Part shown: one piece after another, positions 1-12,595 of the stretch | How positions within the stretch are numbered: the first letter of the stretch is position 1 | How the letters are laid out: the number at the start of each line of letters is the position of its first letter | Assembly (NCBI RefSeq): GCF_011745625.1 | Contig: NW_027191479.1 | Span: forward strand, 62,001 to 126,000 | Direction: 5' to 3' | DNA length: 64,000 nucleotides | Origin: Cladosporium halotolerans | Lineage: Eukaryota | Made by a program: the position numbers and the translations under genes | The notes under the pieces: generated by a model | Seen by the model: only the letters and a program-made list of their open reading frames with translations | Told to the model about the DNA's origin: nothing | Database searches by the model: none

Positions 1-302
1 GACGACGGCAGGTGGAGGGATGAGTCGAAGTTCGTGACTTCATGTCTGTCTGTTATGTGAGGTTTGTGCGTGGTGGATTGATTGATTGCCAGGCGTGAGT
101 GTAGCAAGTGTATTGTATTAATAAATTGCGTTGCTTTTGTGTCGTTCGTACAGCGTGTTTGCTCGATTCCCGGTCAAAATCGCGGCAGAGCGCATTCCGC
201 ATCGCAGGCGGCGTTTGGTTCACGACCGCATCGCATTCCAAGATTTTCTCGAGCGAGCGAAATCTGAACCCAGACAAAAGATCTCGGAAGACCTTTCTGA
301 GC

Positions 303-3300
303 ATGGCAGAGAGCTTGACGCCGACCACGCCCGGCGGCCAATCGAAACCGCAAAAGAAACAAGTGTGTCGGTTTTTCACGAGCAAGGGTGCGTCCACGTT
401 CACATCGAATTCAGGATAGTCCGAAGGTGTAGAATATCTACTACAAAGTAGGCCCCAATGCTAAACTATTTTTAATAGGCTGCCGGGCAGGAGATGCTTG
501 CCCCTACGCCCATCCATCCGGAGCGGACAAGCCAGTTGTCCAACCAAAGCCAGCTCGACAAGCCAATAAGGAGACCGCAAACACGCCGACAAATCAGCAA
601 AGAAGGCAGTATCATCCACCGCCAGTTGACAGTTCGAAGGTGGTTCGACCACGACCGCAAGTTGAGGATCCGCGAGCTTTCCAAGTTGGGCAAATCCAGA
701 GGCGATTCAAGCCAGTGGTATCCGAGAACGACGATGGGAACACTTACGCATTCAAGATGTCACCATCGGACCCCGACTTTCCGTACGATATCGAAGCGCT
801 GGAGTGCGAGCTGGTTGTGCCGAAGAGCTTTCCCAAGGGATCCAAAGCCTTTCTCCGAGTCTTGAACAAGGACATTCCTCGTGGGTTCCAGATCAACATC
901 GAAAGAGGTTTTGACCTTGTTCGTGATGATGCTCCGGATGCCACACTACTTGGTCTGTTGAACAGGCTCGACAAGCGATTGGAGTCAATTCTTGCGGGTG
1001 AGATGGCGGAGACTATCAAATTGGTAGTTCACCGGAACGCTCCTTCATCAGCTACCGAAACTCAGGCAGCTCCTGTAGTCCAAACACCTCCGCCCTCGCC
1101 ACCCAGAGCCATATCAAAGCCTGTTCTACCAGTATTCACGTCTCAGCAAAAGGATGAAGCCAAGTCAAAGCGTCAAACAAACACCAGACAGCTGGAGGCA
1201 AGACTAGGCCGGCTGAGCTCCTTCGCCAAATCCCCCGATGGCTTTTCCTACACAATTCCACTCGACTCGCCGAAACGATCCACATGGCCACCAGAATTAC
1301 AACCCCTCCGGTCATTCACTCTGCTACTCCCTGAAATCTACCCGCTGGAACCCTCGACCATCATGCTTGACAGCGATAGTCCTTCCGCTAGGAATGTTGA
1401 AGAGGCATTCAAAGCACGGTCTGCCGCTGGCACTGACGCCACGCTCATGCAACAAGTCAACTATCTGGCTCTACACATCAAAGATATGGCGATAGCTCCT
1501 GTTGTGAATGAGAAGCCCGAACCATCTGTCGCTCATAAGATCTCCCCACCTCAAGCGATTTCTGCAATCGACCATGCTACCCCACAAACTCAGGCACCAG
1601 CAGCACCGCAGCCGTCTGACACACTGGATGATCGAAGTCATATCAAGATCATACCAAGGCCTCCTGAGTGGGACGTCAGCGGACCTGGCAGCGACAGCGA
1701 TTCATCAGACGAAGACGATTACTCGTACGACTCCGGCGACGAGACCGAAGATTCCGCGCCACCTGATGAAGTCAGCCAACCCACCGGAGCTCCAGTCGAG
1801 AAAGGCGTTCTCCTCTCATTCCCTCAACTCGAACTCCACTCCATCGAGCTCATGGAGCTGACCACCCTCAACTTGACCATCAAGTGCGAGCGGTGCAAAG
1901 ACACAATGGACGTTGAGCGTCTACGTAACAACGTCACTGGGGAAGCTTCTAACATGCGCGATGAAAGCTGCAAGAAGTGTGCGAATGGTCTGGCGATAGG
2001 GTTCCGTGCAGACCTCATGCACTCTGCTTCAGTCAGAGCAGGATATCTGGACTTAGACGGTTGTACCGTGGTTGATATGCTCCCAAGGTGAGATCGCAAG
2101 CGAAAAAAAGCTCACACTGCCAATCAGCGCTGATCGAGAGTGATACACAGTAACTTCGCGCCTACTTGCTCGGAGTGTTCGACGACCTACCCGGCCCCTG
2201 GCGTTGTATCTGTACGCGGCGAATCTACAATGGCGATCTGCCGCGAATGTCACAAGAAAATGAGTTCGTCCTTCTCCATCCTTCGCTGAAGATCTATGCA
2301 AGCTAATCAGTCTGCAGCCTTCCGGATTCCTGAAGTCAAGTTCCTCCAAGTCAGCGCAGCTGCGAGTATGTCCGATGGATTGAACCCTGTCTCGAGCACA
2401 TGTAAGGCTGACATGCTACAGTACGAGCAAGCAGAGCACCAGGTCGCAAGAAAGTACGTATAACATGTACTACCCATGAAAAGATCCATAGCGGCGCCTC
2501 GACCATTCGATCGGCGTCACTGCGTGCATCCGATCATCCACGACACCCTCAGCGCCATTGCACATGCCGGCTCGCACTACATCTGACCCATTTGATCAGA
2601 CAACATGCTGACTACTTGCACTGCGCAGGCGAAGGAGAACCTGGGCATCGTGGCCGGCACTGAGCTTCCCCGCCGCGGCCGCTGCACGCATTATGGCAAG
2701 TCCTATCGCTGGTTCCGGTACGTTACAGCCTCAGCCGAATGTGCATACATTGCGCAACAGGCCTCTACCCTGTCTTAATCGTCCCGATTGTTTGGAAGCG
2801 TGCTGACGCGTGTTTGTTTTGTTGTAGATTCTCTTGCTGCAGCAAGGTCTTCGCATGTGACAAGTGAGTCAACTGGTGTCTCCTTTCGTCCTTCCCTCGG
2901 GCGAACACGGGACTTGCGATGTTTCTCTTACTGACAACACATCAGATGCCACGATGCTTCGACCGACCATCCGAACGAGCACGCAAATCGCATGATATGG
3001 TACGTACCTCGTCGTCTCCCCTCAATCCCTCCCTCCTCCATCCCTGCACCAAGCATCCAGCCCAATACCTGGCCGCTGCAATGCACAAGCACAAGTCCAA
3101 ACACACATCACAACCCGCCCGCACACCCTCACGCACCTCAGCCCTCTCGTATCTTGTGCCCCTCAGCAGCCACAACGCTCAGACGTTGCAAGCCACTCGA
3201 CCCGACAGCTCGAGCGGCCGTCTGAGAGGCGGCTGCGGGCTGGCTGCAGATGAGCTGCACCCCGGCAGCCACCGAAGCAGCCACTTCCTTCCTGCACATC

Positions 3301-3707
3301 TTCACACGGATCACACCCACACACACCCATTGACTTTCCCTTCCCGTCCTCAAGCCTCAACCAAACATTCAGAACAGCCATAAAGCTAACCTATCCCACC
3401 CTCCACAGCGGCTTCTGTAAGCTCCCCCCCGATTCCCCCTTTGCCCGGACGGCCGTCACAACGCCACATCCAACAGCTCCACCCAACCCTCCAAACCTTT
3501 GAGATACTAACGAACCTCCAAGGCTCGCGCGAACAAAACTACCGCCCCGAAGACTGCGGCATCTGCCACGCCGGGCTTGTCGGCAAGAAAGGCCACGGGT
3601 TCTGGGAAGGCGGCAAAGGCACGCGGGACAGGACGCGCATGTCGCGGAAGGATCCCAGGAAGTTCAAGAGGTTGCCTGGTGGACAGGCGAGGAAAAAGGC
3701 GAATTGA
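303..3707 (+). CDS. CCCH + RWD-like + CHY zinc-finger protein (resembles the S. pombe SPAC18H10.09 family), 10 exons
   Basis: Inferred introns: 388-478, 2088-2150, 2264-2317, 2366-2421, 2454-2628, 2718-2827, 2864-2945, 3000-3408, 3417-3522 (all GT..AG with branch sites). Splicing gives the CCCH motif CRFFTSKGCRAGDACPYAH and the CHY motif CTHYGKSYRWFRFSCCSKVFACDKCHD...MICGFCSREQ...CGIC...GFWEGGKGTRD. Confidence 0.85.
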
Positions 3708-4021
3708 AATCTTGTAAAGTCGGAAAGACGTAGTCAGCGTAGTAGTGAGGAAAATCATATCATTGAACAAAACCTAAACTATCTCTCAATCCTTTTTGAC
3801 ACAAACTCGCTAATGCCGCGCAAGACATGATTACGTAGTAATGTACACAACATCCTCTCCTTCGCGATCCGATCCGAATCCGAATCCCCAAGTGCGCCGC
3901 TTTCAGAAAAGGCCTCACTTACACGATCCATTTAACCTCAAGCGGAACGACTCCGCTGACAGGCAGACTCGAAAGTCTTCGGATAATTTCCTTAGTTAGC
4001 ATCACCCTCCGTTCAACTCAT

Positions 4022-6620
4022 TCAGTTCTTGCCCTTCTTCTTGTTCTTCTTCTTATTCTTCTTCTTCCCCTGCCCCGGCGCCGACGCCGCGCCACTCCCA
4101 CTCGCACTGCCAGTCTTACTGGCGTCCGCCTCGCCCTCGGCCTCGCCCTCCTTGTGGCTGTTGTGGTCGTCCTCGCTGCGCTGCTGCGACCCATAACCCT
4201 GCCAAGGCTTGTGCGGCGAGCCCTTGTCGTCGTCGCTGCTGCTGTTGGTGTCGAGGACCATCTTCTTCATGCCGTTGATGTCGACGGTGGTCTCGGTGAT
4301 GGAGCCGGAGCGCGCGACGCGGCGGGAAGCGCTGCGGTCGCGGGAGGGCGCATCGTCGTCGCCGTTGCTGGCGCCGGCGCCGTTGGTCGTCACGGACAGG
4401 GCGTCCGCATCGTGGTGCGGGCCGATGATCAGCTTGCCGTTGCCGGAGTTCGTGCGCGGCGGGTGCTGGGGGCTGGCGGGCGTGCTGTTTTGGGCGGTTC
4501 CGGGGCGGCTGTCTTTCGCGGGGCTCGGGTCGCGCTTGAGCTGGATGCCGGTCGTGTTCCTGGGGCTGCGGGAGTGCTCGGTTTCGTTGGCTTCGTCGTC
4601 GTGGTTCTCGGCTTCCTTCGCAAGTTGCTCGTCGGAGATGTGGGCGTTGCGTTCGGCCTGCTTGCTGGCGGCGCGCGGCGACAGCTTCTGAGATCCGGTC
4701 TCAGGCGCTTCACTGGAGGACTCTCCATCCTTCGCAGGAGAGCGCGATTGAGATTGGGGACGGGACTGCGGTTCGATTGTGCCGTAGGACTGGAGAGCGC
4801 CAACGCCGCCAGAGGCATCGACGCCTGCATCCTTAAGCAGGCCAGCACCCTCACCGCCGCCGAGGATCGTGGGCTCCTCGGCGATCGGAGCGGGTCCATC
4901 CGTCTGCTTGTTGCCATTCACACCGACAGTCGTTGGCTGGCCTTCAGGAATAGTACCCACACCAGGCTTGATCTTGACAGAGGTGTATTTTGTAGATCTA
5001 GGCTTCGATGCCATGTTGCTAGGGCCAAGGTGAGACAGGTGCTTCATCATGTTCTGAGTATTACTGCGAACGGGCACAGCGCGGGAATTCTCCAGACCAG
5101 AGTCCGAGGCGTTGCTGCTCTTCCTGCGCATCATGAAAGTCGTACCGTGAGCGTTGCCAAAGCTGGGCTTCCTGGTGCTGACATCGCCATCTTCTTTGTT
5201 AAGAAGCGGCGTGTCCTCAGCGCCCTCGACGTCGCTTTCAGCAGTGCCGAGCAGCTTGCCGTAATTCTGACGGGGCGCGGGTGCAAGACGGCGAATGGCC
5301 TTGTGCACATCAACAAAAACGTCAGACTCGTCAATGATCTCCTCGCCAATCAGCTCCTCAATAACGTCCTCGAGAGTAACAACACCGAGAGCGCCCTTGT
5401 CCTGGCCAGGGTAATCGGAAACAAGAACCATGTGAGACTTCCCCTCCTGGAAGAAGTTGATGATATCCAAGCAAGACGTGTAAGGTCCGGTTTCAGGCAG
5501 GGTTGCGAGAGCAAAATCACGCACACGCTTGCAGTCTTCCGGATCGTAAGTGATGAGGATCTTCACCAGCAGCATACCAATGAAGTTCCTGGAGTTATCC
5601 GGAGCGTAGATGGGAATTCTCGAGTAGCCTTGGGAAAGGATGGTGTCCATCATCTTCTCATCCAACACGGTGTCGGCGCTCATGATGAACACGTCCTGCA
5701 TGGGTGTCATGATATCGCCGACGGGCTTGTCCTTCAAGTCCAGCACACTGCTGATGATCGTGACCTCATCTTCCATAAGTCTATCGGCGGGGGTAGTGCC
5801 CAGCGTCTTGTGCAGCTGGACAAGCGTCTTCAAGCCAGGCTTGTTGTACATTGTACCGTGATCCTCGCCGAGGAGCCAGTCAAGAAGCTTAGCAGTAGGC
5901 CATGCAACGGGTGCCATGATCCACATGAGCATCAACACAGCCGGGGACATAAACGCGCCGATAGATAGACCGTAACGAACGCAGACAGATTGAGGAGCGA
6001 TCTCGCCAAAGATGACTGCCATCTTGTTAGCCACAGCATCCAATGTACCTTCCTTGAAACAATCACTCACCAATGAGCACCGTACTGCTAACAACGGCCG
6101 GCCATCCACCACCCAAGCTCCTGTCCAACACAATTGGCAGCGTCTCGTTCGTAATGACATTGCTCAGCAAGAGCGTGACCAAAACCCAATGCTTGCCCTT
6201 ATTCAGCAGCCTCAGAACCCTCTTCGCATGCCTCCTCTCAGCACCCTCTCCGCTAGTCGCAATCACCTGCAAGTACGTCTCGTCCTGGCCCATCAACGCT
6301 ATCGTCAAGCCCGCAAAGGCACCACCCAGCAGCACCAACGCGACCGCGACGCCCAGGTAGACGTACAGGTCCGGGTCGCTGGCGTCCTTGGGCATGTCGT
6401 CGCCCTCGTCGCCGCCGTGCTTGAACGCGTGCAGGCCGCCGTTCTGCAGCAGCGGCGCGGCGCTCGCGAGCGGCAGGAACAGCAGCTTCGCCAGGCCCAG
6501 CACGGCCGGCCGCAGCGCTACCGCGCCGTATCCATTTCTTCTGGGGGAGGAGGCGCCGAAGGCCGCGGCGCCTCGTGTGACGGCTCGCGAGGACGAGCTG
6601 GCTGCTCGCATCGACGACAT
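4022..6620 (-). CDS. MAM3: CNNM/DUF21-CBS domain metal homeostasis membrane protein (Mam3-like)
   Basis: LVLLGGAFAGLTIALMGQD, HWVLVTLLLSNVITNETLPI, VIFGEIAPQSVC, CBS pair GYSRIPIY...GVVTLEDVIEELIGEEIIDESD; intron 6016-6070; start codon inferred. Confidence 0.9.
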
Positions 6621-7633
6621 ACGCGCCGTGGGGACGGAGGCCGCGTCGTTCGCTGTGCGGCGGGAGAGAGGAAACTTCGGGTTGCCCGAGAGGACGGTGG
6701 TGATGGAGGGGGATGGAGGTGGTAGTGACAACGGCGAGGTGGTGAGGCGCAGTGCCGCGGGCAGAGAGTGTTGCGTGCGTCGCAGACTGGCTGCTGTGAC
6801 GATGGAAAACGCAATTGAAGGACAGAAATGCCAATGGCGAAGTTGGTGAGGGCGGCGGGACAGTCGATGCTCTGGGCTTGTAGTGGCCCTGGCGCGGCTT
6901 GAGACTTTCGATGGCGCGGGTGGGCCGGGAGGAACGCACTTGGCCTTTGCTTTCACTTCGAGCACGTGGGGCGCTTTCTTCGCTTGTTGTGCAATGCGAC
7001 CGTGAAATCTCTTCTGGACAGTGAGGTGAGGTTAGATCGCACAAATACCACAGTGATTGCGCGTCTTCAGCTGCCCAGGCCCCAGAGGCACATACTAACG
7101 CTCTTAATCACGCACGCAATGCCGCTTATGTACCTTGATGCACGATCAAACATGGGGAAGGCGAACTTGGCATTGAATTTCGCGAGTAATGTGCTCATAT
7201 CGATTGACGATAACAGACAACGCTATCGAGTCGAAGAACTGTCTCAGGCAGTAAGAACAGTAATGCAAACTAGGTACCCATCGGCCATCCTTTCGCTCGG
7301 CTATGCTTTCGCAGGCGCTTCGCTTGAACCCAATCAATCAAACAAACATCCAACCTCTTCATGGGCGTTTCTTCTTGTCCATCGTTCCTCGTTCGTAATT
7401 GTCGTGCTTCGTGAGAACTCCCTCCTCGTCGAGCCCGTGCATTATCCAGTGTCGTATCCCGTGTTGCTTTGCTTTGCTTTACTTTGTCTTGCGGTGCCTC
7501 TCTCTCATCAATCCTCAGAATCGCCAAGAGCCTGTCACTTTACAGATAGGCGCCGATGTCATCCCTCCGACTTCGCCGAAACTACGCCCTCAGGTCAGCC
7601 CGCAGGGAAAGTCCGCTCGTCGCTTGCAGGTGA

Positions 7634-8605
7634 CTATACTTTCTTGGTGATGTCCGACGCGCGCTTGGCCTCACTTTCGGCGTGGTGCGCGGCCTCCTGG
7701 GCTGCGTGCGGCGACTCGGTGTGCTTCAGCTGCGTGGTTTCGTTGTGGTCCAGAGGTTTTGCAGATCTGCGCTTCAATGATTCGTCGGTCTCGAGCAGGT
7801 GCGCGGAGTAGGGTCTGCGACGGAAGTCAGTGAATCGCTCCATGAAGGCTGCCTACCTAGTGCGGGGTCATGTGTGCACACCTGGACTCGTCCCAGTGGT
7901 AGGACCGGAACTCGGTGTTGGCCCAGCCGGTTCCGGGGAACTTGTCGCTAGCACCCCAGTCCTCCGTTAGGTAGTGCAAAAGGCCGCCTAAGAGGTTACA
8001 TTAGCATTTCACCCTCAACCGACGCTCATCAAGTTCCAATCCATCCTCCAACAGCAGTAGCAGTGGCCGTGGCAGTGGCAGTGGCAGTGGCAATGACGGC
8101 ATCACGATAGGCAGTTCCTGGACAAACCGTGAGTAACAACGACGATTTCCTGCTCCGGCCTGCTCCTCAACCACTCGCGAGCCTCCTTGGCTCTCTCCGC
8201 GATCGCCTCGCGCGTCGCCGCCCACTTCCCAGCCTTCACATTCCAGCCTTCCTTTACGAGGCCGAGGTCGACGGGTTTGTCTGCGAATTCCTTTGCAAGC
8301 TCTTCTGGTGCGGAGCCTGTGTCGCACGGCAGGTCTGAGGTCTCCTGCAGCTCGGGGAGGGCGATGACCTTGAGGCCCTTGTTGTGGAGGTCCTTGTCGA
8401 ACCCGAGGAGTGAGGTGTAGATCGTCCTTCTTATGGGCGATGCTACGATGAGGTCGACCCCGCCGTGGTGCGGGAAGTCGTCCTGGAGGTCGGCGCATTG
8501 CTGCTTGCCGACGGGCGTGAGGAGAGGGTCGTGGATCTTGTGGTTCTCCTCGCAGAGGTTGTGGAACCCCTGCGCGTGGCGGACGAGGTGGATGGTTGGC
8601 GCCAT
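7634..8605 (-). CDS. Histidine phosphatase / phosphoglycerate mutase-like protein
   Basis: IHLVRHAQGFHN, ASPIRRT, LPELQETSDLPCDTG, VVVTHG|GLLHYLTEDW...GTGWANTEFRSY; introns about 7988-8127 and 7815-7881. Confidence 0.85.
8052..8092. repeat. Degenerate (GCAGTG)n hexamer microsatellite inside intron 1 of the PGM-like gene
   Basis: gcagtagcagtggccgtggcagtggcagtggcagtggcaa. Confidence 0.8.
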
Positions 8606-9690
8606 GGTTGATGTCGACGCGGATGAATGTGATGATGGTTTTTCGTGGAGTGATGAGTGATGAGAGTACTTAGGTGTGGTAGGATGGCGGGGTCGAGGTC
8701 GGCGCGGAAGAAAACAGCGGAGACATTGCGTGAGGGACGCCAGCTTTGCGTGCGGCTTCTGTATCCCACCGGCGAGGCCGAGGGGTCTGTGACGAGGTGC
8801 GAGGGAAGGTGCGGCGTTGACCTGGAGATGAGCGCGGAGGGGAGAGAGAAGGTCAACCATCGACCACGACGCGTCGGGCGATTGAGTTTTAGCACGCCTA
8901 CCTTGCCCAGATAACCTACATAACTTAGATATATATTAAGACGCGAGCGCGACGCCGCGGCGATGGCCGGCATGCAAAAGTGGAGCGTAGTTGTGTCTGG
9001 AGGGTAGGAAAGTCGTCAAGATCGGCACGTGGTGTTCTAGGTCTATGCAGGGCGACGCGGCGCGCTGGCAATCCTGCCGAGGTGAGGTCCGAGCAGCTTA
9101 GCCGAATGACCTCACCTCTTCACGTTTCACTTCACCGCTGCGGCGATGCTGGTAAACAGCATCGGAATTTTTCCGGTGGTCGGCAAAATACTCCAATACA
9201 TCTGAAGATCTCGAGGCAAGGTGCATCTTCAGGGCCAGGCACGACAGGGGCATTGCGGGTCCGCAGAGATCCTTATCTGTCATCGGCTGCTCGGCATCCC
9301 TCAATCAATCGAGGAAGACCATGTGCGGCATTCGACCATTACCTGCCCCAGTCGGGATTGCGGTGGCATGATGCTGCTATTGCTTCAATGCACCAGGCCG
9401 TGAAAATAATGGAAGGTGGAATGTATGCTCTGTCTGCATTGGAATGGGGACTGCGATCTACAAAAACAATCTACAAAAGCAATTTCGGGGTCACCTGGTA
9501 GGTACCGTATCAAAGAAGCATCGGTCGTGCTCAAACGCTTCTCCCGTTCAAACGCCAACAAATAAAAGCTGCATGGAAAGGCGGCAAGGAAAAGCAGTAA
9601 GGAAAAGAAAACACTATCAATCTCAAAGCGATGCATGCTTTAGCCGGACCTCCCTGTAAAGGCGAGGTATCCTTTTCACGCCTTGCGCTT

Positions 9691-11447
9691 CTACACATGA
9701 GTTGTAGAAGCCTTCATCGCCCTGATCATGTTCTCAAGACTCTTCGGGTCCATGGCTTTGACTTGCGCAGACGCGCTGTTGAATCTGCCGATTCTGTCGG
9801 TGACGGCCGAGACGCACTTGTCGAAAACTTTAATCTTCCTTGAGAGCCTTGGATTAGACGCTGACTTGTCGAGAAGTGAATCGAGACCCGATATGATGCG
9901 CCTGAACATCTGGCCTCCTTGTGCTGCCTCCTCCGTCCAAGCGCAGTCAATCTTGCTGATGTCGATCTTGCCATAGCGAACACTCGAGCAGCCCGCGGCA
10001 ATGTCGTCAGACTGGATCTTCTCGAATGCGAAATCGGCAATGTGTGCCCAGTGTACCATGAGTTTGGAGATGCGTGTGTATACATCGCGGCGTTCCAGGT
10101 CCGTTTCTCGGATGTTCTTCATTGCTTCCAGCTTCTCGGCGCTCTCGTTGATCATTCGAAGCATCTTGTGCTTGATCTGCTTCTTCGACATCTTCTGTTC
10201 CTCCCAGGGCGCTTTCTCGATTTCAACCTGCTCCGCATCACCAGCACCTTGAGTGCCGGTCCCGTGCGGAGAGGATGGCGAGTCGTCTGGGGGACCGATG
10301 TCGAGTCTTTGGAATAGCGGTTCGAAGTCGGAAAGCTTGGCCTGCACCTTCTTGTTGGCGTTTGACTGCGATGAGTCGTCGCTCTTCGTATCATCATCAG
10401 GCTGACTAGTACCGATCCTGCGTTCCTCTTGCATTTCATATTCGGCCTGGGTGTTGTGAGCGAGTTTTGCGGCAAGCATGGCTTTCTCAAGCGCCGTTGG
10501 AGCAGCATTTTGCTGCATGTGCGCTGATTCCATTGCGAGCGGCGGCGGAAGCTGTGTCAACTCATCGATGCCATCCATAATATCCGGATCAGCACCTGTC
10601 GGCTCCTTGGGCGAGAACTCAGGCGTCGAAGGCTCCGAGCCACAAGCATCGATAACTGCAGGCGGGTCGCGACAATGATACCAGTTCGGCCGCGAGATCT
10701 TCATGGGTCTCATATCATCCTCCCTCTGAGGCGCGTTCGCGCGGAGGCAGATGGCTTTATCCAAGTACCTCGCAGGCTTGTCCTTCATCGGTATGACATT
10801 TTGCGGCTGATACAAGGCCCAATCCTCGCAGCCAATCCACGAGTTGCATCGCGCGCTTTTCGAGGGCTCTTTTTCGGCTTCCTCGATGACCCGGGGCCGT
10901 TTCTCGCCGGGTTGGGGATTATGCTCGAGGGGGGGCGCATCGGCCAGTTCCACGTCGCCGTCCTTGTCCCGCGGCAACGGCACGTCCGACATGGTCACCT
11001 CCTCGCAGCCGTTCAAGGTCAGAACACCAACAGAGAGCGAAAGGCCGAATGCGGAGACCGCGTTCTCGACAGTCCAGTTCTTGTAATTGGACTCCCTGAT
11101 CCCGTCGATGTCTTCCATCTCAGCGCGCTTGCGCTTGAGCATCGCTGTCTTCTTCTCGATCGAGCTTATCGCGTTGATAACTTTTTGCCCTTTCTTGCGC
11201 TCGTAGACGACGCCCTTACGCGGCGGTGTTACCCGAGGCCTCGGGCATTGCGCGAGAGGGTTGATGGCGGAGGCATTGCTGCCGTTGTGTTTGACGGGCT
11301 GCAAGCATGTTAGACGAGCAAAGCGTGCAGTGGATCTCTTGGGGACCCTCTTACGGTGCTGGGCCTCGTCTCGGTCTTGCTCTTCAAAAAGTCGAATGTT
11401 GGCCCGCGAAGGAAGCGTTGCAGGGACTTGATCACGCGAGATGCCAT
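9691..11447 (-). CDS. Hypothetical protein, acidic/disordered middle with a helical C-terminus
   Basis: Long ORF 9691-11304 extended by an upstream exon MASRVIKSLQRFLRGPTFDFLKSKTETRPST through intron 11299-11354 (GTAAG..CTAAC..CAG); no recognised domain. Confidence 0.7.
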
Positions 11448-11454
11448 GGCTTCG

Positions 11455-11528
11455 CGTTGTGGTGGTGATGATGATGGTGATGGTGGTGGTGTTGTTGCTG
11501 TTGTTGTTGTTGTCGTTGCTGCTGCTGT
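11455..11528. repeat. Compound trinucleotide microsatellite (CAG/CAA/CAC/CAT on the minus strand) in the putative 5' leader
   Basis: gttgtggtggtgatgatgatggtgatggtggtggtgttgttgctgttgttgttgttgtcgttgctgctgctg. Confidence 0.85.
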
Positions 11529-12595
11529 TTCGTATAGCAGTTCGGTTGAGTGTCGTAGTCGTGGTTCGTCAGAGGAGTGACCGGTCGAAAGTAGGTGGGC
11601 GTTGGTGGCCTTTTCATTTCTGGTCGCGCGAGCTAAACGTGCATGTGACTCGTGCGGCGACTCCCGCCTATTGTCAGTGAAGTGAGGTCTTGGGGCGGAG
11701 CGCGGTCAGTAGTCTATTGATGCAGTCAATGCTGGGACTCGACAATACTAAAATCGACAGTGAAGCACTTCAATGCACCTCAGGCTCTCCATATTGCGGG
11801 ACTTTTTGTCACAGTCGTCAGTGATTGCATATTGATCGTACTATCACCTACCATCCAGGTCAAGTCAGCTCTATCAACCCTCAGGACACCTCGGCGGCTG
11901 GTCGAGTCACTTGAAACGGAAAACATGCTTGTAGCAATAGCTCGGCAATCCCATTGTGCCACGCTATTGTATCTCATTCTTGTGAATTGGAAGATGAGAT
12001 ATTCAGCTAGCTCATACATCTCCTATAATCTCCTGTACATTGACAACTACATGCTCCTAGGAACTCGTGACGAATTCGTCAAGAAAATGAGAGTGCATCC
12101 ATTATGTAGAAATACTTTCTTGCAACATGAATCGTTCGAGTCTCATGATTTCAAAGCCTCTGTTGAGCCCACATGATTTTCCAGACCTTACTGTGTGTGC
12201 ATGAGCTGGAAGGTAACAAAGCAAGTCAATCTGGCCAATCGGACTCGGAGTGTCGTAGTTTCATTTTAGAGCGACCAGAATAGGGTCGACATGAACAAGC
12301 GGAATGTGAGACGAACGGCGCAATTCATCATTGATCAATCGCGAAACAAAATCACTTTCAGTGGTAAACAGATGAGGTCAAGATCTCCACTTGCAAGAGG
12401 AGGAACGAAGGAAGCTGCCAAGACGGCGCAGCCCCACGCGCCGCGGTCCACTGCTCGGAACGTTGCGCTCTCCTGGGGAAATGACAGCGAGGCGAGAGGC
12501 GATGATATCAGAAGATAACGGGCGCCGAGCGGTATTTCGCTGCATCGCTGGCTGACTTCAACGTATCCGACACTCTGATAGCGACACCTGCAACC

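Noticed and set aside
3215..3290. CTGAGA in a structured intron suggesting a TPP riboswitch
   Set aside because: Lacks the downstream conserved TPP elements (ATAC..., TGATC.GG.TAAT.CC.GCG).
4154..5968. 604-aa + strand ORF, and similar long antisense ORFs at 22289-23788, 16378-17229, 17893-18813 and 55869-56786
   Set aside because: Antisense shadows of GC-rich, codon-biased real genes; no motifs.
11700..12300. AT-richer intergenic stretch as a possible RIP-degraded transposon
   Set aside because: No terminal repeats, no transposase/RT remnants, and only mild AT enrichment.
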